The notes under the pieces were generated by a model, which was not told the origin of the DNA, did no database searches, and saw nothing but the letters and a program-made list of their open reading frames with translations. Source: Octopus sinensis (taxonomy: Eukaryota). From it: a stretch of DNA of 14,371 nucleotides. The first letter of the stretch is position 1, and each line of letters starts with the position of its first letter. Positions 1-10,126 of this stretch are shown one piece after another. The position numbers were made by a program, and so were the translations under genes. The stretch spans positions 1 through 14,371 of the forward strand of contig NW_021825828.1 of NCBI RefSeq assembly GCF_006345805.1, written 5' to 3'.

Positions 1-85
1 TCTATTCCTGAGCCCATACTAATACAATTGTTTGTTTGTACTCCACCTGCCTTCATCTTTTGTTTATTTTCGTAAAGCTTCCTGT

Positions 86-86
<1 letters not shown>

Positions 87-123
<37 letters not shown>

Positions 124-194
124 ATATATATAATATATATATATATATATTAGATATATATAGATATATATATAGATATATATATATATATATG
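87..194. repeat. (TA)n microsatellite, left flank of PLE-A
   Basis: Near-pure TA array with a few TAGA variants, seen directly. Confidence 0.95.
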
Positions 195-264
195 TAGGTC
201 CCGGTTGAATCGGGGTTAACCACAGTAAATAAGGTACTCAATACATAGCAGAGTAAAATTAATT

Positions 265-986
265 TATTATATAGAAGGAGCTTCTACAGACTAGAACTGT
301 TTCATTCAAGAGAAATCTTCAGGAAGCTAGTTAACAAGAATTGTATTGGCATTTATACATTTAGGCAGGTTTAAAGGGGTGTTGGTGGGGGACTTTTTGG
401 GGGTAGGCATAGCGCAAATATCATACTTGGGGGAGTGGTCAAGGAGTCAGTGTTAAATTAGATAGAAGAATAAATAAAAATAAATAAAAAAATAAAATAA
501 GAAATAAAAAAAGGGGAATAGAGTTTTAGGTAAATAAGGAGATTCTCACTTATACCTATGCACACATGTATACATACATACACACACATACAACATATAT
601 ACATATACATACACACATACATACACACACATATATTACATATACATACATATACACACATATATATATACATATATACACTTACACATACATATACATA
701 TCTACACATACACATATATGTATACATACACACACTCACATGCATACACGTATACACACATGTATATATACACACACGACCACACATACATATACGCACA
801 GAAAAGTATATATACACATACACACACATACTCACATACACGCATACACACACATATCCACACACACACACATGCACACACAGCACACTAGTCCCTATAT
901 ACACATATATATACACATACACACACATATACACACACACACATACATATACATACATGTATATATATATATACATATATATACAT
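265..986. repeat. Left arm of ~720-bp inverted repeat (partner 4843-5565)
   Basis: e.g. 271-330 atagaaggagcttctacagactagaactgtttcattcaagagaaatcttcaggaagctag is the reverse complement of 5499-5559. Identity continues through the unique pLTR and ~430 bp of irregular CA/TA microsatellite (cagcacactagtccctatat vs atatagggactagtgtgctg). The differences I saw are mostly single-base indels. Confidence 0.95.
279..328 (-). ncRNA. Minimal type-I hammerhead ribozyme (HHR-A1) in PLE pLTR
   Basis: Minus strand: AGCUUC (stem I) CUGAAGA uuuc-ucuu-gaau GAAA CAG uucuagu CUG UA GAAGCU (stem I'). Core CUGANGA/GAAA, stem III CAG/CUG, cleavage triplet GUA. Predicted cut between + positions 285 and 284. Same sense as the PLE ORF. 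Confidence 0.85.
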
Positions 987-1414
987 ATGTGTACCTATGC
1001 ATACCTACACACACACACATATATATACACATACAAATACAGACCCATTCCCTAATTTTAATTTTATTATCTTCGTTTATTACTTTTGTTATCTTTGGCC
1101 GCTTGGTCACAAACATCTTGGCTATGACAGCCAGTCCATTTATCTGTCTACTGGAAAACAAGCACTCATTCACTCACGCACACTCTTTAGCACGTACACT
1201 CACTCATTCGTACACTCATACACATACACGCACGCACGCGTTATATTCATACATACATACATCTACATACATTCACGTATATACACATACGTACGCGTAC
1301 CTACAGATTCATGTCTACACTCTTAGAAGGCTAGTCTATATATAACCAATAAATATAAATACACACACACATATACACCTACATAAAATACATACATGTA
1401 TATATATATATATA

Positions 1415-1454
<40 letters not shown>

Positions 1455-1668
1455 CATATATATACGCATATATATACATATATATATCAACACACATACG
1501 CATACACACACATATACATATATATACACACATACACACATACATACATATACACACATACCATACATACGTATACATACATACATACATCCATACATCC
1601 ATACATACATACATTTATACACATACACACACCCACATACATACATATATATACGCGCATATATATAT

Positions 1669-1702
<34 letters not shown>

Positions 1703-2149
1703 CATATATACATATATATTCATACACACACATACATATACATACATACATATACAAATATACGCACACACATACATACATACTCATATACTCATACACG
1801 CACATACACATGTACATGCGTACCCATACACACACACACACACGCGCGCATCCATATATACACATAAGTACACCCATGCGTAAAAGTATACATATATCTA
1901 TGCTTACACATACACACACACACACGCGCCTCCTTATATATATTCATACTTACATGCATACTCAAAAAATAAATAATAAATATTAAGTATATGTACGTGC
2001 AGTTACCTATTATATAGACGGATACATACATATAAACTTACACACATAGATATATATATATATATATATATATACATACACATATATATATATACATACA
2101 TATATACACACATATATACACATACACATACATATACACACACACACAT

Positions 2150-2202
<53 letters not shown>

Positions 2203-2388
2203 CTTACACACATGTACATATAAATACACACATAGATAACTCTACGTACCTACATATACATAAACACACGAGCGTACGCGTATATGTACATATACACATA
2301 CACATACACACGCATATATATACATACATACATACACATACACACATGTATACACACACATACACATATATATACACATACACATATA

Positions 2389-2424
<36 letters not shown>

Positions 2425-3212
2425 CATATATATATACATACATATACACATACACACACATACATATATATACACATCTACAATTTGTATCTACACTCAC
2501 ATACCTGCACATACACATAACTCTACATACCTACATATACATCGACATACTCGCGTACACTCATATATAATACACATATATACATATACACACACACATA
2601 CATATACATATACATATACATATATATAAATATATACACATATAATACACATATACACACACATACATATATGTATATATACATATATATATATATACAT
2701 ACATATATATATATACATACACACACACACACACATACATATATATATATACATATATATATACATATACATACATATATATATATATACATACATACAT
2801 ACATACACATATACATACATGTACATATACACATACGCACACATATATATACACACACATACGTATATCAACAATTGAGGGTAAAGTTAATTAGTTATTA
2901 ATCAATTTCACCAAGTATTCAGTATGTAAAAGGACCATTATTTTTTTGAGTAAACAATGTCTGAGGGAAAATATTCTCTAAGTAGTGGAAGAGGCTAAAA
3001 AACTTTATTGGCTGCTATTTCTAGAAAGTTCAGTATGTGGCAAAGTAATTTATTTTACTAAGCCCTAATTATATAATATTCTATACATACATACACATAC
3101 ATACACACATACATATACACATACATATGCATACACACATATATACATATATACATACATACATCTATACATATATACACACACACACACACACGCACAT
3201 ACATATATATTA

Positions 3213-3246
<34 letters not shown>

Positions 3247-3360
3247 TTTTTTACATACATACACGCACACACACATAATACATGCGTATAATCCTACTAT
3301 ACCCATACATTTCTATACATATATACGATACACATATACAAGCATGCACATACAATATGT
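558..3360. repeat. Compound (CA)n/(TA)n/(CATA)n microsatellite tract with short unique islands
   Basis: Direct inspection. Islands at ~1040-1170, ~1310-1370, ~1960-2040 and 2868-3082; T24 run at 3229-3252. Confidence 0.9.
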
Positions 3361-3434
3361 GAAAGGTCTTAGGAGAAAAGGTAATCGGGGGTGCTAGGGG
3401 AACGGTGGGATTGGGGGGGGTTTGGGGGGTGTCA

Positions 3435-4842
3435 TCAATCTGGTTGCCGGGTAGGTCTATAGTTCTTGTAGTTCGCATACTTCTTATGCATACAATTTGG
3501 GGAGTGTTCTGAGATTTTGTTAAGGAGAGGGCCTTTGGCGAACAAGATCTCTAGGCTCTCCGATATGCAGAGGTCACAGCAGGTATGGCCTCCTGTGTAC
3601 GAGCGCGCCTTCTGTAGTAGTTTCCACTTGGTCTTGAAGGGGATGGAGTTCCTTTTAAGGTACCAGATGTGGGCGGCGAGGGTAGTTTGGTTGGATTTAT
3701 CCTGTCGCCGGAACGAGTGTGTGTGTGCGTACCAACGAGTCTTAAAGCTGTTTGACGTCATTCCTATGTAGGATTTACTTTTATCGTCAGGGCCTGATCT
3801 TACCTCGCATGTATATACTAGGTCCCTCTGTAGGCAGTTGTTGTTGAGGGGGCAGGTGGTTTTATCAGGGCAGTTGCAATTGCTATCGGACGTTGGATGG
3901 GCCTCGGAAAAAGTAGATATGTTAAGTTTTTCACATTGTTGTTGGCTAGGTTCCTGGCTAGATTGGGCGTGGTAGAGTAGGAGAGAGTCTAATAGTGTTC
4001 TTATTTAGGATAGTGTAGTACTTATGTTGGGTGGGGAAGTGTTTCTGTAGGAGAGTGAAGAAGATTTTAGCTACAGGTGTAGCGACCTCACGGTTGAAGG
4101 GGGTTGTACCAGCTAATGTGTCTTCGTCTATTTTTCCTGGGTTGGCGTGGGGCTATACTAGTATAGGTAATCTTATCTTGAAGCCACTGCGGGCCAGGGC
4201 CTCGTTGTAATAGGGGGCTGCGGCCTTAAAGATATCTTCCGTGGCGGACAGGCTAGAATTCTAATTGAGACACTTTTCACTAGGTTATCTAATATATTTT
4301 TGGGGTGGTTGGAATTAATCTTATATATTTAAGGATTCATTCGGTTTGTGGTACGGGTAATAAAGTGAGGTTTTTAAGTCGAGGGTGACATCAAGGAAGT
4401 TAGCTTTAGTTAAGTTGGATTCTAAGGTAATCCTAAGGCCTAAGTTTTTAAAGAAGGTGTAAAGATTTTTCCGGAACCCATCCGTGGTCCTGGGGTTTAT
4501 TTTGTGGAGGGCGAAAAGGCCGTCATCGCGGTAAAGACCACCGGAGAGGCCTGTGAATAGGGTTTTCAGCCTATGGAGGATGAAAAGGCCCACTAGGTCA
4601 CTTATTTCAGCAGAGTCGTTAGCACCCATGCTGACGTCGAAGGGGGTCACAGATTTTTTGTTGATCCAGTGGGATCCGTCATAGAAAAGAAAAGTCTTAC
4701 GTGCGTGGAGGATCACATCTTGCTCGACCTCGGTGATGGTGGAAGACCTCCTGGCGAAGTTAATCGCGTCGATCAGCAAGCTCTCCGATATGGAGGCGTA
4801 GTAATCCTTGATATCCAGTTGTAGGAATCGGGTGTTGCTTTT
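3435..4842 (-). pseudogene. PLE reverse transcriptase + GIY-YIG endonuclease ORF remnant (5'-truncated, frameshifted; Nematis-like signature by inference)
   Basis: RT: LQLDIKDYY, FDVSMGANDSAEISDLVG, LYRDDG (YRDD at 4522-4533), NFLDVTLDL. Read across frameshifts: SNHP, YNEALARSG, RRHISWYNPPF, KHFP. Endonuclease: CNC-x5-CP-x4-CL, LVY (3813-3821), YIG (3762-3770), FKTRWYAHTHSF, CDLCISE, LLNK. Stop at 3435. Confidence 0.92.
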
Positions 4843-5556
4843 ATGTATATATATGTATATATATATACATGTATGTATATGTATGTGTGTGTGTGTATAT
4901 GTGTGTGTATGTGTATATATGTGTATATAGGGACTAGTGTGCTGTGTGTGCATGTGTGTGTGTGGATATGTGTGTGTATGCGTGTATGTGAGTATGTGTG
5001 TGTATGTGTATATATATTTTTCTGTGCGTATATGTATGTGTGGTCGTGTGTGTATATATACATGTGTGTATACGTGTATGCATGTGAGTGTGTGTATGTA
5101 TACATATATGTGTATGTGTAGATATGTATATGTATGTGTAAGTGTATATATATGTATATATATATGTGTGTATATGTATGTATATGTATATATATGTGTG
5201 TGTATGTATGTGTGTATGTATATGTATATATGTTTGTATGTGTGTGTATGTATGTATACATGTGTGCATAGGTATAAGTGAGAATCTCCTTATTTACCTA
5301 AAACTCTATTCCCCTTTTTTTATTTTCTTATTTTATTTTTTTTTAATTTTTTTTTTATTCTTCTATCTAATTTAACACTGACTCCTTGACCACTCCCCCA
5401 AGTATGATATTTTGCGCTATGCCTACCCCCAAAAAGTCCCCCACCAACACCCCTTTAAACCTGCCTAAATGTATAAATGCCAATACAATTCTTGTTAACT
5501 AGCTTCCTGAAGATTTCTCTTGAATGAAACAGTTCTAGTCCTGTAGAAGCTCCTTC

Positions 5557-5565
<9 letters not shown>
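4843..5565 (+). repeat. Inverted copy of PLE-A 3' end (microsatellite + pLTR) fused to the RT truncation point
   Basis: Reverse complement of 265-986. Joins the RT codons (KSNTRF) abruptly at 4842/4843. Confidence 0.93.
5501..5551 (+). ncRNA. Minimal type-I hammerhead ribozyme (HHR-A2)
   Basis: agcttc 5501-5506, CTGAAGA 5507-5513, t-ttc-tctt-gaa-t 5514-5525, GAAA 5526-5529, cag-ttctagtc-ctg 5530-5543, TA 5544-5545, gaagct 5546-5551. Confidence 0.87.
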
Positions 5566-5614
<49 letters not shown>

Positions 5615-5650
5615 CATATATATATATAACATATATATATTATATATATT

Positions 5651-5785
5651 TATGCACAAAATTTATGCAAACTACAAACATTACAGACCCACCCGGCAAC
5701 CCGATTGACGACACCCCACCCACAATAACCCCCCACACCCACCGTTCCTTCATCACCCCCGATTACCTTCTCTCCTAAGACTATA
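5651..5785 (+). mobile_element. 3' end of ORF and start of 3' UTR from a sister PLE-A subfamily copy
   Basis: 5652-5708 encodes MHKIYANYKHYRPTRQPD*, versus MHKKYANYKNYRPTRQPD* in PLE-A. It is followed by the same C-rich UTR (cccccgattaccttctctcctaagac vs cccccgattaccttttctcctaagac). Confidence 0.9.
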
Positions 5786-6229
5786 TACATATATATGGAT
5801 GTGGGCATGTGTATGTGTGCACATGTATGTATAGGAGTGTATATGTGTATTTGTATGTGTGTGTGTGCAATTGTGTATGTGTAGGAGTGTATACGTGTGT
5901 ATGTGTATATGCGTGCATGTTTTTTTGTGTGTGTATATATATATGTATATATATATATACGTATATATATATATATGTATTTATATATGTGTGTATATAT
6001 GTATGTGTATATATATGTGTATGTATATGTGTGTGTATATGTATCTGTGTATATGTGCATATGTTTGTATATATGTGTGTGTATGTATTAATGTATGTGT
6101 GTGTGTACACGAGTATATATTTATGTGTATGTGTATGCATATGTATATGTATGTGTTTATGTGCGTGTATCTATGTGTGTGTATGTATGTGTAGGTGTAT
6201 GTGTATATATATGTACGCATGTGTGTATT

Positions 6230-6285
<56 letters not shown>

Positions 6286-6491
6286 CGTGTGTGTATGTGT
6301 AAGTATGAGTATATGCATGTATAAGTTTATGTATGTATGTATATATATGTGTATGTGTGCGTATGCTTGTATGTGTTTATATGTATGTGTATGTGTATTT
6401 ATGTATATGTATATATATATATATATATATAACGTGCCTGTATACTTGTGTATGGGTGTATGTATGTATATGTATGTGTATGTGTATATAT

Positions 6492-6564
<73 letters not shown>

Positions 6565-6576
6565 TATAATATATAT
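5786..6576. repeat. (TG)n/(TA)n compound microsatellite
   Basis: Direct inspection. Confidence 0.9.
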
Positions 6577-6754
6577 ACCGGAGTAAACACATAAAAATGT
6601 GAAACAAGGTGGAAAAAAGAGTACTCAAATACCAGTGGTAGAGTAATATGCTTTATTTTAAGCAGCAGAAAATTCAACAAAATCTGTTACTCTGAGTTTC
6701 TCGTTGCCGTTCATCAGACAGTTTTTGCTAGAATTTTCTGCTGCTTAAAATAAA

Positions 6755-6755
<1 letters not shown>
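6577..6755 (-). mobile_element. Mini PLE-like element (family B): pLTR tip with hammerhead, tail and short inverted duplication
   Basis: Flanked by (TA)n on both sides. Contains an HHR on the minus strand, a perfect 25-bp inverted repeat (6651-6675 / 6731-6755) and a tail hairpin like that of PLE-A. PLE assignment is inferred from the HHR type and inverted-end architecture. Confidence 0.7.
6677..6728 (-). ncRNA. Minimal type-I hammerhead ribozyme (HHR-B), probably dimer-dependent
   Basis: Minus strand: gcaaaaacugu CUGAUGA a-cg-gcaa-cg-a GAAA cucagag UA acagauuuugu. Stem I has 11 positions with one A.A mismatch. Stem III (A-CUC-a-GAG-U) has a 1-nt loop, so it cannot close in a monomer. Cleavage triplet GUA. 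Confidence 0.8.
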
Positions 6756-6791
<36 letters not shown>

Positions 6792-6794
<3 letters not shown>

Positions 6795-7156
6795 CTGTGT
6801 GGTAAGTAGCTTGCTTACCAACCACATGGTTCCGGGTTCAGTCCCACTGCGTGGCATCTTGGGCAAGTGTCTTCTGCTATAGCCCCGGGCCGACCAATGC
6901 CTTGTGAGTGGATTTGGTAGACGGAAACTGAAAGAAGCCTGTCGTATATATGTATATATATGTATATGTGTGTGTGTTTGTGTGTCTGTGTTTGTCCCCC
7001 TAGCATTGCTTGATAACTGATGCTGGTGTGTTTAGGTCCCCATCACTTAGCGGTTCGGCAAAAAGAGACCGATAGAATAAGTACTAAAAGGTGGTGCTCC
7101 AGCATGGCCGCAGTCAAATGACTGAAACAAGTAAAAGAGTAAAAGAGAAAAAAGAG
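6792..7156 (+). mobile_element. tRNA-derived CORE-type SINE (resembles octopus OR-type SINEs; family name is inference)
   Basis: A-box-like ggctgtgtggt, B-box ggttcagtccc (6835-6845), CORE-like cttgggcaagtg, internal TA/TG tract, 3' tail of (TAAAAGAG)-type repeats. Confidence 0.8.
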
Positions 7157-7164
7157 TATATATA

Positions 7165-7548
7165 TCTCTCTCTATATAAACGGCAGTTTGTCTGTGCGTG
7201 TTTCTGTGTGTCTGTTTTCTCGTACCCTCACCCTGACCACGGCTTTCAACCGATTCTGATGAAACTTGACACACACATAGCCCAATGTCATAATTCAAAA
7301 CTAACGCAGCGAAAATTTTGAAAAGTTCCCCCAGTTCTGAAAAAAATCGATAAATTCGACATGGGGTCGAGAATCAAAAAAAACAAACCACAGGACTGTC
7401 TAGGGGACGCAACTCAACCTTTTTTACTCTCAAAAAAAATTTACCATCATTTTTTTCCATTTTTTGCTATTTTTTGGCTATAACTCTCTAAAAATGCTTT
7501 ATAGTTATTTCCCTTACAAACCTGAGCAACGCCGGGCGATACTGCTAG
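7165..7548 (+). mobile_element. Non-autonomous Helitron-like element, apparently complete (384 bp)
   Basis: 5' A|TC start (tctctctctatataaa), 3' GC-rich hairpin cctgagcaacgccggg (7521-7536), 8-nt spacer, CTAG (7545-7548) followed by T. These are the established Helitron terminal hallmarks; no TSD. Confidence 0.75.
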
Positions 7549-7643
7549 TATGTATATAAGTATGTATATATGTGTATATATGTATGTGTGTGAATGTATG
7601 GACTTGTAGACTTTTATATGTATATATAGGTTTGTGTGTTTGC

Positions 7644-7675
<32 letters not shown>

Positions 7676-8040
7676 GTGAGTGTGTGTGTATGTGTGTAGA
7701 TATGCGTATGTGTTTTTATATGTGTATATATATGTGTGTATATATATGTATATATAAATATATGGACTCGTAGATTTTTGTATTGGTTTGTGTATGTGTA
7801 TGTGTGTAGATATGTATATGTATGTACGTGTACGTATGTGTATGTATGTGCATGTATGTATATGTGTGTATGTATGCATTTATGTATACGGGTATGCATG
7901 CATGTGTGCATACATGTATTTATATGCGTATGGATGCATATATATGCGTATGTATGTTTACATGCACAAATGGTTTTATATGTGCATATGCGTTTATATA
8001 AGCGGGCAGATATTTATTATGTGTGTTATGCTTATGTATG

Positions 8041-8116
<76 letters not shown>

Positions 8117-8187
8117 GAATATATATATATGTATGTATATGTATGTGTATATGTTTGTGTATGTGTGTAAGTACATAGTTGTATGTA

Positions 8188-8250
<63 letters not shown>

Positions 8251-8970
8251 ATATTTATATATATGGACTTGTAGATTTTGTATGGGCATATATGTATATA
8301 TATTTATGTATATATGTGTGTATATATTTATGTATATATATATATATGTGGCCTCGTAGATTTTTGTATGGGTATATATGTATGTGTATATGTGTAGATA
8401 TGTACATGTATGTGTATGTATGTGCATGTGTGAATATGTGTGTGTGTATGTATATGCATGTATGCATTTACGTATACGGGTATGTATGCATGTGTGCATA
8501 CATGTATTTATATGCGTATGGATGCGTATATATGTGTATGTATATCAATATGCACCTATGGTTTTATATGTGCATATGCGTTTATATAAGCGGGCAGATA
8601 ATTATGTGTTTAAGTGTACAGAAGTACGTTTATATATGTGTGTTTATATATGCATGATTATGTATATGTTTATGTGAACGTGGGTACATTTATGTATGTA
8701 TGCATGTGTGTATTGTGTGTATGTATATATGTATATATTTATACATATATATATATATATAATAATATATATATATAATATATATATATATATATGTATG
8801 TATATATATATATATATATTATATATTATATATATATATTATAGTATATATATATATATTATGTTATATATATATGTGCATGTGTAGAGAGAGATATATG
8901 CATATGTATAAGTGGATGAGGAGGAAATGAGTGAGAGAACATGTGTGTATGTGTATGTGTATGAGTGTGC

Positions 8971-9001
<31 letters not shown>

Positions 9002-9010
9002 AGTGTGTGC
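7549..9010. repeat. (TG)/(TA) microsatellite tract containing a ~0.6-kb tandem duplication
   Basis: Markers tcgtagattttt (7768 and 8354) and aagcgggcaga (8000 and 8588) are offset 586-588 bp; tggacttgtaga occurs at 7599 and 8264. Confidence 0.85.
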
Positions 9011-9545
9011 GTTTGTATCCGTGGGCAACGAGATAGAAAGGAAGGGAGAGGGGAGTAGTAGAAGAATCCCTTTTTGGCCAGCTGGAACCCCAGGGGGAAT
9101 TCTAGGAACTTTTGGCGTTCGTCTAATCTAGCGGCACTGAATGTGTGTCGGTGTGTAGGCAGGTCATAAATTATACCTCTTGTGATTTTGAAGACGGTCA
9201 GCTAAGAACTTCGTATACTTTGTATGACTGTACTGTGGAGGTGTGTGTGTGTGTCTCTGTGTGTACGTGTGGGGTTTTTTTTGTTTTTTTTTGTGTGTGT
9301 GGGTGTGTGTGTGTGTGTCTATGTGTTTGGAGTAGGGGGGAGAGACAAATAGAGAAAAGGAAATAAAAATAAAAAATAAAATAAGGGAGGAAGATGAGGA
9401 GATAAAATATATATATGTGTGTGTGTATATGTGGGTATATATATATGTGTATATATATATGTGCGTGTGTTTGCGTGTTTCCATGTATGTGTGTGTGTAT
9501 TTGTATGTATGTGTATTTGTATGTGTGTATATATATATGTATGTG

Positions 9546-9645
<100 letters not shown>

Positions 9646-9840
9646 GTGCTTGTGTATTTATGTGTATGTAAGTATGTGTGTGTCTGTATGTATATACATG
9701 GGCATATGTATATGTATATATATGGATATTCGCATGTGTATGTATGTGGGTTTGTAAGTATATTTACTTTATATGTTCTTTCATTTATCTACTTCTTCCC
9801 TCAACTTAATAACAACAACAACGAACTGACTAAAAGCAAA

Positions 9841-10088
9841 AGTCTTCTAATTTACCTAAAACTCCATTCAATTATTCATTTATTTACTTTATCACTGATT
9901 CTTTTGACCACTCCCATAAGAACGACAGTATGTGCCCTGCTTACCCAAAAAACGTCCCCCACCACCACCCCATTAAATCTGCCTAAATGTATAAATACCA
10001 GACCTTATTTTTACAGCCAGCTTCCTGATGATTTCATTTGAATGAAACAGTACTAGTCCTGTAGAAGCTCCTTCTATAAAATAAATAA

Positions 10089-10089
<1 letters not shown>
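9841..10089 (+). mobile_element. Diverged PLE-A-family pLTR
   Basis: Colinear similarity to 5285-5565: atttacctaaaactc, ttgaccactccc, ctgcctaaatgtataaat, then the HHR and gaagctccttctata. Confidence 0.85.
10019..10069 (+). ncRNA. Minimal type-I hammerhead ribozyme (HHR-A3)
   Basis: agcttc, CTGATGA 10025-10031, t-ttc-attt-gaa-t, GAAA 10044-10047, cag-tACTAGTc-ctg (palindromic loop), TA, gaagct. Confidence 0.88.
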
Positions 10090-10123
<34 letters not shown>

Positions 10124-10126
10124 ATA

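Larger units (their letters stand above)
195..5565 (-). mobile_element. Penelope-like retroelement (PLE-A), 5'-truncated, with inverted pLTR at the 5' end
   Basis: Minus strand reads: RT + GIY-YIG remnant (4842->3435), long microsatellite-rich 3' region, pLTR with hammerhead (328->279), tail to ~195. 4843-5565 is the reverse complement of 265-986. Both ends abut (TA)n. That the whole span is one insertion is inference. Confidence 0.8.

Noticed and set aside
1-87. Unique sequence at the window start, possibly the tail of another pLTR-type repeat
   Set aside because: Only 87 nt visible, no diagnostic motif, and it lacks the TACTC/GAGTA hairpin. Cannot be supported without upstream sequence.
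6792-6860. tRNA gene
   Set aside because: Only A/B-box-like remnants without a full cloverleaf, continuing into a SINE body.
7256-7266. CTGATGAAAC as a hammerhead core
   Set aside because: CUGAUGA and GAAA overlap, leaving no stem II, and there are no stem I/III partners. It lies inside the Helitron-like element.
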